Shown here: positions 28,701-37,405 of the stretch, in pieces
Layout of the letters: every line of letters starts with the position of its first letter
How positions within the stretch are numbered: position 1 is the stretch's first letter
From: Ignavibacteria bacterium
GTDB taxonomy: Bacteria > Bacteroidota > Ignavibacteria > Ignavibacteriales > SURF-24
Assembly: GCA_025612375.1 (NCBI GenBank)
Contig: JAAXKN010000003.1
Coordinates: 114,371-178,370, forward strand
Direction: 5' to 3'
DNA length: 64,000 bases
The notes under the pieces: model-generated
Databases searched by the model: none
Seen by the model: only the letters and a program-made list of their open reading frames with translations
Told to the model about the DNA's origin: nothing
Made by a program: the position numbers and the translations under genes

Positions 28701-31700
28701 TAGTAGTTAGCCGTGTCGCTTCCGAAACGGAAATACACTTCAGATGCATAGCTGCTGTCATTAATAAAATTCGAGACTGAGCCAGTTCCGGTATTCTGAT
28801 CGCCATGGACAAAGAGTTTCATCTGCTTATAATTAAACAAGTCCATTGCCCTCAGATACTTAACCGCCTGGCGTTCATCACCCTTCTTCAGATCTTTAAT
28901 AATAAGAGACAGTGACTGTTCGTTTCTGAGGACGTTTTCATCGGGTTTACTTCTGTCTCTTTCTCTTTCGACGCCGCCCGGGCTCTGATATTCAGGAGAG
29001 TTTTCCTCGACGCTTACAACTGAAAGGGTAAGGGTCGAATCATTAATGTCCGTTTTTCCGTTTACAACAGGATCAATTTTCTGCCACTGATTTCCGACAA
29101 GGTTAAAGTCTGCGATTCTAAAATGTACCGGAACGCTTGTTCCGTTTACCCAGAGCCTGATATAATTAATAATTGCGAAACTCGGGTCACCAATTTTGCT
29201 AACATATTCTTTTAACGGAACCCTGATCTGATGCCAGTGCTTATCAGTGTTACCGCCGCCGGTTATAAACTTATTATTTGCCCTGTTTGTATCAAGAGGT
29301 ATCTCATAACGGAAGTAGCTGTTCATCCTGTCCAGGTTACCGTTTCCGTTTAAGTCTTCGGTATCAGGGAGTTTTCCGGCATCAATTGAAACGGCATTGC
29401 CTTCCGTTCCATTTATATTTTCATAGTCAGATGATCCTGGTGTATAGCTGTAGTCGTCGCCTGCGGGATCAGGATTTTTTACAGGATCGTAGCCGGGTTC
29501 CTCCGGATCACTTTTCCCGTCAATACCCTTATCCTCTCCCTGGTCTATAAGGCTGTTGTTATTTTTATCCTCAGTATCTAAAGCCTGGTTAGGAATCACA
29601 TCTTCTGAAATTCTGCCCAGATCCAGATACACCTTGCTGCTTAAAGGAGTAATATTATCCGGAAGCTGGTACCAGAATTCAATAAACTGAATATTCTCCT
29701 CGATAAGGTTGTTAGCGGTATTGGACAGAGCCTTCATCATACCGCCCCATGACCTTTCCTTTATTCCAAGATCAGGGGTGTCGTTATATGTTCCCCTTCT
29801 GCCCGGATCAAACTGGAAGTCGAGAACTGTAACCTGTTCGTCACCGCGGGCTACTTTCTTCTGGGGCCAGATCTGATCTACCGTAACATTGGAGGGCAGA
29901 AAGTTATACCACCAGCTTTTTCCTTTATGATTCATACGGGCATTTGCAGAATCGGCAATGACCTGCATGCTATCGGGTATGCTCAAGTCGTGCCATGAAG
30001 TATAGCCTACACCGATAGGGATCGTTTTTTTAGCACCCTCAAAATCATCCACATATGCAATGCTCTGGCTCTGGTCGCTTGCGATAGTACTTTTCTTTGT
30101 ATTCGGATCGGGAGATATATATGCAAATTCTCCCTTTAAGTTAAGCGCAGACATTTCCCTGGTGGAAAAGACCTTATCCAGAGCCTTGGTAACAAAGGGC
30201 AGGTCTATGGCCGAAGAGAAGTCAACGCCGTAGATAGAGTTGCTTAATGGTTCCTCACCGATGCGGACCTTGTCTGAAAGTGTCTGCTGATTTAGGTTAA
30301 GGGCTGAAAAACCGAGTTTAGTATTCTTAGAGAAGTTCACCTCTCCACGCAAACCAAGGAGTGTCTTGGATGCCATCTGGAAGAGGTCGTTCTGCTCGTA
30401 GGTTATTTTGAGTCCCGCTCCCGGCACCAGTGCCGCAGCTTTACGGATGGTCACCTGTCCGGTCATATAGTCAACAACGTAGTCCTCGCCAGCCTTCAGT
30501 TCCTGTCCATCCAAAGTCACCCTCACGGAATTTTCAACCACGCCAACATATCCCAGGTTATAAACTGCGGATGATGAAGCTGAATACTTACCCTTCAGCA
30601 AAAACCTGTCGCGTGTTCCCTGAAGTTTTGCAAATGTTACAGTTGTGTCGTAGATTGCCTTGTAGCTGTAAGTGGTGTCTAAACTCTTGGGCAAATCACG
30701 GCCAAAAGGCTGCAGAACCGGGAATATTACTTCGCCTGTTGAAGGTATAATGGTTTTACCGGGGAAAAAGTCAAACAGCCCGTCGGGGTCCCCCTGTTTT
30801 GACGTATTTACGTTATCCAGGCCAAAGTCATGAAGAAGCTTGACCGTATTGCCATTGGAGACTATCTGGCTCTGGGGTTCGCTTCCGGGCTGCTGATAGA
30901 CTATATCGAACTGAAAGCCCTCTTCGTTAACATTACGTCCGCCAACGGGGTAAATATTTCTAAGCTGGAGCTTCCAGGCCGTCTTAAACTGAGGACTCAG
31001 GTTTTGGGGTTTGATCAGCTTGAGAACAAGTCTCTTTGCAGAATTGGTGCTGGAGGTATCGCTGCCAATAAGTTCACCATAGTACAAATCGTCTTTCGGG
31101 TCAGTAGTTAGGCCGTCTATTCTGTAGGCCACTGCAATGGCATCCTGGTCCTGAATCTGGGTCTTAAAAGTAATAAAACCTGTTTCATAATGCATTTCAT
31201 AGTCCTGCCCTTCGTTCAGCTTTACCCAGCGGCTATTCTCCATCTGACCTGCCACAATATTATTGGTATCCTTACGTTGCTCGTCGTACCTGAGATCTGC
31301 TTTGCCCTTTGACGGAAGATTAATAAAAGCGATAGCATTTCTTTCTACAGCCGAATTACGCTGCTGGGTGTTTACAGATTTCCAGACCTCAATTTCCTTA
31401 ACCGTATGGTACAGGTCCTGGTCAGGTGTAGGTCTGCCATAATACCTGTTAAAAATATTATACTCAGGAGCCGTACTGGCATATACTGTATCAATAAAGA
31501 AATGATTGGGCGAATAGTCATATGCATGCAGCGTAAACTCATTTGTTGTGGAGCCGCCGGTTACTGAAATTTCCTTTACCTCGCCTTTTTTCTGGGAGGC
31601 AAGTGTAGTCAGGCTTAAAGGGCCCAGCTGGAAGTTAGCCTTGACGCCAAAGAGCGCCTCGCTTCCGCCTACAAGAGGTGAAGTCTGAAGTGATACGTTA

Positions 31701-32764
31701 CCGGCCTCGACGCTCTGTACAATCTCATCCTCGTATCCTTTATAGCTAAGTTTCAGCTGGTTTTCGTACTCAAAGGTTCTTTCAGTATTCCAGTCGGCGT
31801 TGATCTTAAGCTTATCGCCGATTGTACCCTGAACGTTAATCTGGACAGTCTGCTTAAAGTCAGGTTCATTCCTGGTATTTCCGAGCAGTGAGGCCGTAAT
31901 ACCTTCAGTAGTTTCATTTCTCCAGGCGCCATGTATATCGACGGCGCCCGAGATTCTGATATTAATCCCTTTTTTACCGAATATGCTTAAGAACCCCACG
32001 CTTGGAAGAGGGATATCGATGTTTGTAATATCTGTAATAAGTGCGCCAAGGTCTTTGGTTTTATCCTTCAGCTCATATTTATAAGCTATGTCCTCCCAGA
32101 TATTCCTGTTATTGGCTTCCATCTTCATTTTGATGTATTCATCGAGGGGGATTCTGAGCATTATTTTGTAAGGCTCATTTCCAATCTTTTCCTTAATGAG
32201 GACGAAGTTTCCAGTTGAATCCAGCTCTACAGTTCTGCTGACAAGCTGAGAGGAAGGATTGGCGAAGAAGCTGGATTTCTTTTTGGGATTCAGCTGGACA
32301 TAAGGAACGTCCTGCCTTTTATAGTGGAAATTCTCCATTCTGGCAGTTGAGTCCTTAGATCTCATGGCAAGGGAGTCAAGAAGCGTCATAGAGACTTTTT
32401 TCTTTGCCGTAGTATCCGATTCCATTCTCTTATTGAGGGTATCTGTAATAGCGCGTGTATTAGTGTTAAGCGTATCACTTTTGAGATTTCCGGGTGCAGT
32501 ACCTGTATTACGAGGTGTATTCTGGGATTTAATGAGTTTTAATGAATCTCTCTGCCCGCCGTTTACAGTAGTATCTGCAAAGGACGGAGATTTCCCTTGG
32601 CTTAAAAGATCATTTTTAAGCAATGCTGATGTGTTCTGGGGATTCTCTAATTGTGGTGCTTGAGAATGAAAAGCATTATTCGTCCTTGCAAGATCGAAGC
32701 AGGCGGCAAATAATAATTTTTCATTGGCGACCGTATGCTGAGAAGTAAACCCGATTGCCAGCAA
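25775..32764 (-). CDS. sprA: Type IX secretion system translocon SprA/Sov (giant outer-membrane beta-barrel)
   Basis: A 2329-aa ORF with the SprA-type N-terminal region (...DFKQTVQINVQGTIGDKLKINADWNTERTFEYENQLKLSYKGYEDEIVQSVEAGNVSLQT...), beta-strand-rich throughout. The end coordinate is the first canonical start (TTG). The open frame continues 25 codons further upstream (to 32839) and encodes a signal-peptide-like segment (see findings). Confidence 0.85.
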   Translation of the reverse strand: MLAIGFTSQHTVANEKLLFAACFDLARTNNAFHSQAPQLENPQNTSALLKNDLLSQGKSPSFADTTVNGGQRDSLKLIKSQNTPRNTGTAPGNLKSDTLNTNTRAITDTLNKRMESDTTAKKKVSMTLLDSLAMRSKDSTARMENFHYKRQDVPYVQLNPKKKSSFFANPSSQLVSRTVELDSTGNFVLIKEKIGNEPYKIMLRIPLDEYIKMKMEANNRNIWEDIAYKYELKDKTKDLGALITDITNIDIPLPSVGFLSIFGKKGINIRISGAVDIHGAWRNETTEGITASLLGNTRNEPDFKQTVQINVQGTIGDKLKINADWNTERTFEYENQLKLSYKGYEDEIVQSVEAGNVSLQTSPLVGGSEALFGVKANFQLGPLSLTTLASQKKGEVKEISVTGGSTTNEFTLHAYDYSPNHFFIDTVYASTAPEYNIFNRYYGRPTPDQDLYHTVKEIEVWKSVNTQQRNSAVERNAIAFINLPSKGKADLRYDEQRKDTNNIVAGQMENSRWVKLNEGQDYEMHYETGFITFKTQIQDQDAIAVAYRIDGLTTDPKDDLYYGELIGSDTSSTNSAKRLVLKLIKPQNLSPQFKTAWKLQLRNIYPVGGRNVNEEGFQFDIVYQQPGSEPQSQIVSNGNTVKLLHDFGLDNVNTSKQGDPDGLFDFFPGKTIIPSTGEVIFPVLQPFGRDLPKSLDTTYSYKAIYDTTVTFAKLQGTRDRFLLKGKYSASSSAVYNLGYVGVVENSVRVTLDGQELKAGEDYVVDYMTGQVTIRKAAALVPGAGLKITYEQNDLFQMASKTLLGLRGEVNFSKNTKLGFSALNLNQQTLSDKVRIGEEPLSNSIYGVDFSSAIDLPFVTKALDKVFSTREMSALNLKGEFAYISPDPNTKKSTIASDQSQSIAYVDDFEGAKKTIPIGVGYTSWHDLSIPDSMQVIADSANARMNHKGKSWWYNFLPSNVTVDQIWPQKKVARGDEQVTVLDFQFDPGRRGTYNDTPDLGIKERSWGGMMKALSNTANNLIEENIQFIEFWYQLPDNITPLSSKVYLDLGRISEDVIPNQALDTEDKNNNSLIDQGEDKGIDGKSDPEEPGYDPVKNPDPAGDDYSYTPGSSDYENINGTEGNAVSIDAGKLPDTEDLNGNGNLDRMNSYFRYEIPLDTNRANNKFITGGGNTDKHWHQIRVPLKEYVSKIGDPSFAIINYIRLWVNGTSVPVHFRIADFNLVGNQWQKIDPVVNGKTDINDSTLTLSVVSVEENSPEYQSPGGVERERDRSKPDENVLRNEQSLSLIIKDLKKGDERQAVKYLRAMDLFNYKQMKLFVHGDQNTGTGSVSNFINDSSYASEVYFRFGSDTANYYEYRQPVKAGWNEISILFEQLTALKQLRDSVKGAFQRPVPGEPGHFYRVKGNPTLTGVSFFMIGVANPGRNGNNDNVSGQVWIDELRVIGADDTKGWAYSSSASLKLADIMNINFNMAQKDPFFHGLSDRFGSRLDTKNWGVSVDLDVLKLLPFNLSGSSFRVNYQRTEQISKPLYVPGTDIKVNQAAQQLSDKRIQEGTSPEDAKKLADDFIANTHTLNISDTWSMSGMKIHVPSNFWLVKETINNLSFSFNYNKTRGRNPVSVTSRSWVWNAGVNYALQFGQNNFFYPADIPVLGTILQLFSDYRNAKVYYTPQSFSASVSATRNYGFLLSRVANTAPNISRDFKATRNAAFNWKLTEGGLLNLSLAYNLDISSSLAYLLTDNNMERSEGAIWWDIFKGQFFGRDWQYNQSVDLRTNPKLPNIWNLNNYFNISTGYRVSYSWNNNFQQQDLGRSASFNNSINLGLKIRVKALFEPMFKETNDENAKQENKPTTTMTPSKNRRTRERSSDEDQIPPQGQTNQNPVQNLPQNQLAKGDSVAMKDSNAVAFAKDSLEIKPKKNPFKGVFKAFKGGIRYILFDYESVNVNYTQDNTVQKSGIRAEGTGLYNFWGFNQYNGNGPRRLFMLGLSQDVGPRALKANLGDNFSQRNNLDFSTSRPLWEGAQIDIKWKIGWSMNKNTTLQTDSLGNTKIVNLTSTGSINRSFVSLPPVFFLSFLNSGIKRVSELYKPGTNNLPDAFLEGFESMPLFAKLPFLKDVAKYIPRPNWSFNWDGLEKYAVFSSWAKKVSLNHSYGSEYSEGWRINPDGRQETQSQKLYYGFQPLVGLNMTFNSLWNGNLSGNVKYSTKTGYDLGNSTKSITETNSKEIGISASYSKTGFDLPIFGLSLKNDIEITLAYTRSQNSVVNYNMDKFTEGGIPQDGTVRTTMEPRIKYVISSKVTLSIFYKRSSVQPEGAARISATTTNEAGLDVHISIQ

Positions 32765-33096
32765 GCAGTAAGCAACTGCTACTGAGAAGAGAAAGAGTTT
32801 TGCGCTTTCCCGTAAAACTTTTGTGAATTTCGGTTTTATTTTTCTACCTAAAGACTGTTAAAATGAACGTAAAATTTTTTCCTTACAACCTCCTTAATTA
32901 GTTAGATGAAAAATTATTTAATTTTGATTTTATAGTCAACTGTTTTTGTACAATAAATGTTAGCATAACTTCCAACTTTCAGTGAAAAATCGTTGCGCTA
33001 AATAACTTAAGATTTTGCTTAATGTCAATTGAAAATTTGGGAATACTGCTGTTTTTCTACCGGGAGCCGATTTTGCCCGAAAATGCCGTTTTTGCT

Positions 33097-33783
33097 TCAA
33101 ATATCGTTTAAATGTGTAGGTTCTTCCACCGTTTCGACCAGTTCATTACGATGTATAACCGCTGCACTGAGCTTATTGCCTATACAGGCGCCGGTATCAA
33201 TATATAAGGCATTTGACTTTGTGTCGTATCTCACACTATCCTGTTTCGTATGCCCGACGACCTGAATTTTCCCCAGGTTCAGGAGTTTTTCCCTGGACCA
33301 GAGGACTCCGGTTTCATTTTCGAACTCACCGTAAATAAGCTTGTCAAGCGCCTCCAGGTTATCTCTCAAATTTGGCGGAAGATATTTTTTGTACCGTTCA
33401 GAAATGCCCGCATGTGAAATAAAACAATCTTCCAGATTAAAGTAAAGAGGCTGGGCATGAATAAATTCAATATGTTTTACAACACTGTCAAAATGGTCCA
33501 GATAACTTCTTAGCGTGGCCTCATTTCCGTTATAGACCCATGCCCTGGCAAAAATGCTTTTTGGCTCTCTGACATAAGCATAGAACATATAGTCATGGTT
33601 TCCGGGAGTAAACTTAATTTTGTTGTCCATTAAGAACTTAACGACCTCAAAACTGTTTTTTCCCCTGTCTACCAGATCCCCGACGCAGTAGATTTCAGCA
33701 TCCGGGTATTCAGCCCTGAGTTTATTAACCAGGGCTTCAAGAGTATAAAAACACCCGTGAATATCGCCGATAGCTGCAATCAT
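33097..33783 (-). CDS. Metallophosphoesterase (PPP-family Ser/Thr phosphatase / ApaH-like)
   Basis: The calcineurin-like phosphoesterase signature is IAAIGDIHGC...VGDLVDRGKNS...GNHD...SHAG...GHT. Confidence 0.85.
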   Translation of the reverse strand: MIAAIGDIHGCFYTLEALVNKLRAEYPDAEIYCVGDLVDRGKNSFEVVKFLMDNKIKFTPGNHDYMFYAYVREPKSIFARAWVYNGNEATLRSYLDHFDSVVKHIEFIHAQPLYFNLEDCFISHAGISERYKKYLPPNLRDNLEALDKLIYGEFENETGVLWSREKLLNLGKIQVVGHTKQDSVRYDTKSNALYIDTGACIGNKLSAAVIHRNELVETVEEPTHLNDI

Positions 33784-33786
33784 ACC

Positions 33787-35139
33787 TTAGATCTTAAAGT
33801 TTTCCCTGGCATACCTTGAGAGCTCTTCCCTGAAATCGGGATGTGCCACCTTTATGAGTGCCTTAACTCTTTCCCTAATAGATTTTCCATAAAGATGGGC
33901 GATCCCATATTCAGTCACTATGTAATGCACATCTCCTCTTGAGGTTACGACTCCGGCGCCTGGTTTTAATGCCGGGACAATTCTTGAAATTTTGAAATCC
34001 TTTGTCGTTGAAGGAAGGGCGATTATAGGCTTTCCGCCTTCACTTCTTGCTGCCCCGCGGACAAAATCCACCTGGCCGCCAATGCCGCTAAAGAACCTGG
34101 TTCCTATGGAATCTGCACACACCTGTCCCGTCAAATCGACTTCGATAGCCGAATTTATGGCAACCATTTTGTAGTTTCTCGATATAACAAAGGGATCATT
34201 AACATATTCCTGCGGATGGAATTCCACAATAGGATTATTATTTATAAAGTCGAATGCTCTTTTTGTTCCGAGCACAAAACCCGCAATAATCTTTCCCGGG
34301 TGGAGAGTTTTCTTTTCATTGTTTACGATGCCTTCTTCGACCAGTTCGATCATTCCGTCAGAGAACATTTCCGTATGGACGCCAAGGTCCTTCTTGTTCT
34401 TCAGGAATCTCAGAACCGCATCCGGAATGGCTCCAATGCCCATCTGGAGAGTCGATCCGTCTTCAATAAGGTCTGCGATATAGTGCCCTATATTGTTGTA
34501 AATGGCCAGTGTATCCTCGTTAAGATCGCTATCTACCTGCGGCAGCTCCTGGATTGCTTCATCGTACTCAACGACATAATGGATTTTATTTATGTGAATA
34601 AAGCAGTCACCGAGGGCTCTAGGCATTCTTTTATTGACCTGAGCAATAATGATTTTGGATTTTTCAGCGGCAGTTTTGATTGTTCCGACATCGACGCCAT
34701 AGCTGCAGAAGCCGTGTTCATCGGGCGGGGAAACATTTATGAGGGCAACGTCCGGCTTTATAACGCCGTTTTTAAATAAAAGAGGAACCTCGGAAAGAAA
34801 TATCGGTACAAAGTCGGCCCTTCCTTCATTAACCGCCTGCCTGGAATTGCCGCCGATAAAAAACGCCGTATGCCTGAAGTGTTTTTCCATACCAGGATCC
34901 AGATAAGGTACAGGTCCAACGGTAAGGATATGATATATATTGACGTTTTCAAGCTCATCTTTGCGTCTTACCATAGCCCTGACCAGTTCCATCGGGACTG
35001 CGCATCCGGGCTGGATGGCAATATGGTCTCCGGACTTAATTACCTTAACAGCCTCATCGGCCGAAATCAGCTTTGAGGTATAATTTTTCAGCCAGTTTGC
35101 AGTTCTAAACTGCCCTACTTTGAAATCTTCATATGACAT
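33787..35139 (-). CDS. Acetyl-CoA hydrolase/transferase family protein (4-hydroxybutyrate / succinyl-CoA:acetate CoA-transferase type)
   Basis: ...LQMGIGAIPDAV...HTEMFSDG...SGIGGQVDFVRGA... are motifs typical of Cat1/Cat2/ScpC-family CoA-transferases. Size is 450 aa. Confidence 0.85.
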   Translation of the reverse strand: MSYEDFKVGQFRTANWLKNYTSKLISADEAVKVIKSGDHIAIQPGCAVPMELVRAMVRRKDELENVNIYHILTVGPVPYLDPGMEKHFRHTAFFIGGNSRQAVNEGRADFVPIFLSEVPLLFKNGVIKPDVALINVSPPDEHGFCSYGVDVGTIKTAAEKSKIIIAQVNKRMPRALGDCFIHINKIHYVVEYDEAIQELPQVDSDLNEDTLAIYNNIGHYIADLIEDGSTLQMGIGAIPDAVLRFLKNKKDLGVHTEMFSDGMIELVEEGIVNNEKKTLHPGKIIAGFVLGTKRAFDFINNNPIVEFHPQEYVNDPFVISRNYKMVAINSAIEVDLTGQVCADSIGTRFFSGIGGQVDFVRGAARSEGGKPIIALPSTTKDFKISRIVPALKPGAGVVTSRGDVHYIVTEYGIAHLYGKSIRERVKALIKVAHPDFREELSRYARENFKI

Positions 35140-35151
35140 AAATCACTTTTA

Positions 35152-36273
35152 TTAGTTTTTGGAAAAAATGTGAAGTCTTCTGTATTCGACGTTAAACACT
35201 TCTGCAATATTCTCATTTGAGCAGAATCCATTATAGGTACAAACCCCTCTGGATAAGCCCAAATCACCAAGCAAAGCATTCGACAGACCGTTATCAGCAA
35301 TATTCAGTATATAATCCAAAGACGCGTTTGTAAGTCCGTAGCTGGCAGTCCGTGAGACCAGTGCAGGCAGATTCGGGATGCAGCAGTGTATTACGTCATG
35401 CTGCACAAAAACAGGGTCGGAGATTGTAGTGGGATGGCTAGTTTCAATGCAGCCCCCCTGGTCGATAGAAACATCAACAATAACAGCACCCTTTTTCATC
35501 TGGCGCACCATATCCTCAGAAACCACGTGAGGCGTTTTTTCGCCTTTTATTAAAACAGCACCAATAAGAACATCAGCAAACTTTGCACCCCTTGAAACGG
35601 TATACGGGTTTGCAACAACAGTAGTAACCCTTTTCTGGAAAAGGTTGTCAATTCTTTTGAGGCGGTTGAGGTCCCTGTCCAGAATAATCACCTGAGCCCC
35701 GCGTCCAAGTGCAGCACGTGCGGCATTAGTACCCACAACGCCGGCACCGAGAATAACCACAGCTGCCGGGGCAACGCCTGTAATACCGCCCAGGAGGATA
35801 CCGCGGCTTACACGGGAAGTGCTCTCAAGGTAGCGTTCGGCCACCTGGATTGCAATCTGCCCTGCTATTTCGCTCATGGACTGAAGGACAGGCAGATTTT
35901 CATCATTTTCAATCAGTTCAAACCCAATAGAAGTAACCTTTTTTGAAATAAGCGTCTCAAGAATTTTCTTTTTACCGATTGCAAGGTGCAGAAAAGCAAA
36001 GAGGATCTGGTCTTCCTGAAGCATTGAAGCCTCAGCCTCAGTAAGGGGAGCAATTTTTGTAATGAGTTCTGCTCTGTTATATACCTCTTCGGCGCTATAG
36101 ACTACACTGGCGCCTACTTTTCTGTACTCCTCATCAGAAAAGTTGCTGCCCATACCAGCACAGCTTTCGATAAAAACAGTATGCCCCGATTTAACCAGTG
36201 CATCTACACCTGCAGGTGCTAAAGCGACCCGTTTTTCTTCGAGTATTGTTTCTTTTGGTATACCTATTCTCAT
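35152..36273 (-). CDS. ald: Alanine dehydrogenase
   Basis: MRIGIPKETILEEKRVALAPAGV...VVILGAGVVGTNAARAALGRGAQVIILD...VDVSIDQGGC. Size is 373 aa. Confidence 0.9.
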   Translation of the reverse strand: MRIGIPKETILEEKRVALAPAGVDALVKSGHTVFIESCAGMGSNFSDEEYRKVGASVVYSAEEVYNRAELITKIAPLTEAEASMLQEDQILFAFLHLAIGKKKILETLISKKVTSIGFELIENDENLPVLQSMSEIAGQIAIQVAERYLESTSRVSRGILLGGITGVAPAAVVILGAGVVGTNAARAALGRGAQVIILDRDLNRLKRIDNLFQKRVTTVVANPYTVSRGAKFADVLIGAVLIKGEKTPHVVSEDMVRQMKKGAVIVDVSIDQGGCIETSHPTTISDPVFVQHDVIHCCIPNLPALVSRTASYGLTNASLDYILNIADNGLSNALLGDLGLSRGVCTYNGFCSNENIAEVFNVEYRRLHIFSKN

Positions 36274-36345
36274 GTGGTGTGTTCTTTTTTAAGTTTATTG
36301 GTATAATTTTTACTGCAAAATAGTCAATTAACTTAACTATTGCCA

Positions 36346-36384
36346 CTCCTGCAGAGAACGCCCCGGGAGCGTTCTCTGCAGGAG
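36346..36384 (-). terminator. Perfect 16-bp inverted repeat (stem-loop) between the 2-hydroxyacid dehydrogenase gene and ald; possible terminator or attenuator
   Basis: CTCCTGCAGAGAACGC (36346-36361) pairs perfectly with GCGTTCTCTGCAGGAG (36369-36384) across a 7-nt loop. It lies 51 nt after the stop at 36435. Neither strand has a clear U-tract after it, so its function is uncertain. Confidence 0.4.
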
Positions 36385-36434
36385 CAAGCCAAAGAAAACT
36401 TAATTCAAAAAAGGGGAAAAGCAAAACAAGGCAC

Positions 36435-37388
36435 TTAAATGACCGGAGTCAGAGGTTTCCTCCCTTTTAATACATTAATGAGATTTTTAGCACATAGTTC
36501 GGCCATTTTTGTCCTTGCCTCGAATGTAGCGCTGCCAATATGAGGCAGCAGAACCACGTTCTTCAATTTCAGCAGATCCTTGTTCAGCAGGGGTTCATTC
36601 TCATAAACGTCAAAGCCTGCGGCAAAAATCCTCCGGGATTTCAGCATTTTAATCAGTTCCTTTTCGTCGAGGATCTCCCCGCGCGCAGTGTTTATTAAAA
36701 TTGCAGTCTCTTTCATTAAATGTAAGTGATCTTTATCAACAAGATTCCTTGTTTTATCTGTCAATGGCACGTGTAACGAGATCACATCGGAAGTTTTCAA
36801 AAGTTTCTCCAAAGAGACTTTCTTTGCGCCCGTGGCCTTTTCAAGGCTTTCGTTTCTGGAACGGCTGAAATAAACAATGTTCATTCCGAAAGCCTTTGCC
36901 CTTACTGCAGCAGCCGCACCTATTCTTCCTGCACCTATTAAGCCGAAGGTCTTACCGCTTAAGCCGATGCCCAGAAGGAGTTCAGGAGCCCAGCCTGAAA
37001 ATTTATTTTCACGCATTAACCTGTCGCCTTCCGTGATGTGCCTTGAGCAGGCAAGCATGAGTGCTATTGCAATATCAGCCGTGGCATCGGTTAAAAGTTC
37101 AGGTGTGTTTGTAACAACAATATTTTTCTCTTTTGCAGCGCTTAAATCTATGTTGTTGTAGCCCACGGCATAATTTGCAATTACCTTACAGTTTTTAAGC
37201 CCCGAGATTATATCTTTATCAATCTTATCCGAGAGAAGTGATATTATGCCGTCGGCATCTTTTGCATGCTTAAGAAACTCCTCTTTGGAAATCTGGCGGT
37301 CTTTTCCGAAGACAACAACATCTATTCCTTTTTCTATCAAAAGATCTACAGCATTTCCGGGAAGTTTTCTTGTTATAAAAGCTTTCAT
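36435..37388 (-). CDS. D-isomer-specific 2-hydroxyacid dehydrogenase (glyoxylate/hydroxypyruvate reductase-like)
   Basis: GKTFGLIGAGRIGAAAAVRAKAFGM (NAD-binding motif) ...NTARGEILDE...LLPHIGSAT. Confidence 0.85.
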   Translation of the reverse strand: MKAFITRKLPGNAVDLLIEKGIDVVVFGKDRQISKEEFLKHAKDADGIISLLSDKIDKDIISGLKNCKVIANYAVGYNNIDLSAAKEKNIVVTNTPELLTDATADIAIALMLACSRHITEGDRLMRENKFSGWAPELLLGIGLSGKTFGLIGAGRIGAAAAVRAKAFGMNIVYFSRSRNESLEKATGAKKVSLEKLLKTSDVISLHVPLTDKTRNLVDKDHLHLMKETAILINTARGEILDEKELIKMLKSRRIFAAGFDVYENEPLLNKDLLKLKNVVLLPHIGSATFEARTKMAELCAKNLINVLKGRKPLTPVI

Positions 37389-37405
37389 ATTTTATCCAAT
37401 TATTT

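Noticed and set aside
36191-36424. 77-aa minus-strand ORF spanning the ald upstream region
   Set aside because: It overlaps the ald N-terminus out of frame and runs through the 16-bp palindrome. Its translation is Arg/Thr/Cys-rich nonsense (…RRKTGRFSTCRCRCTG).
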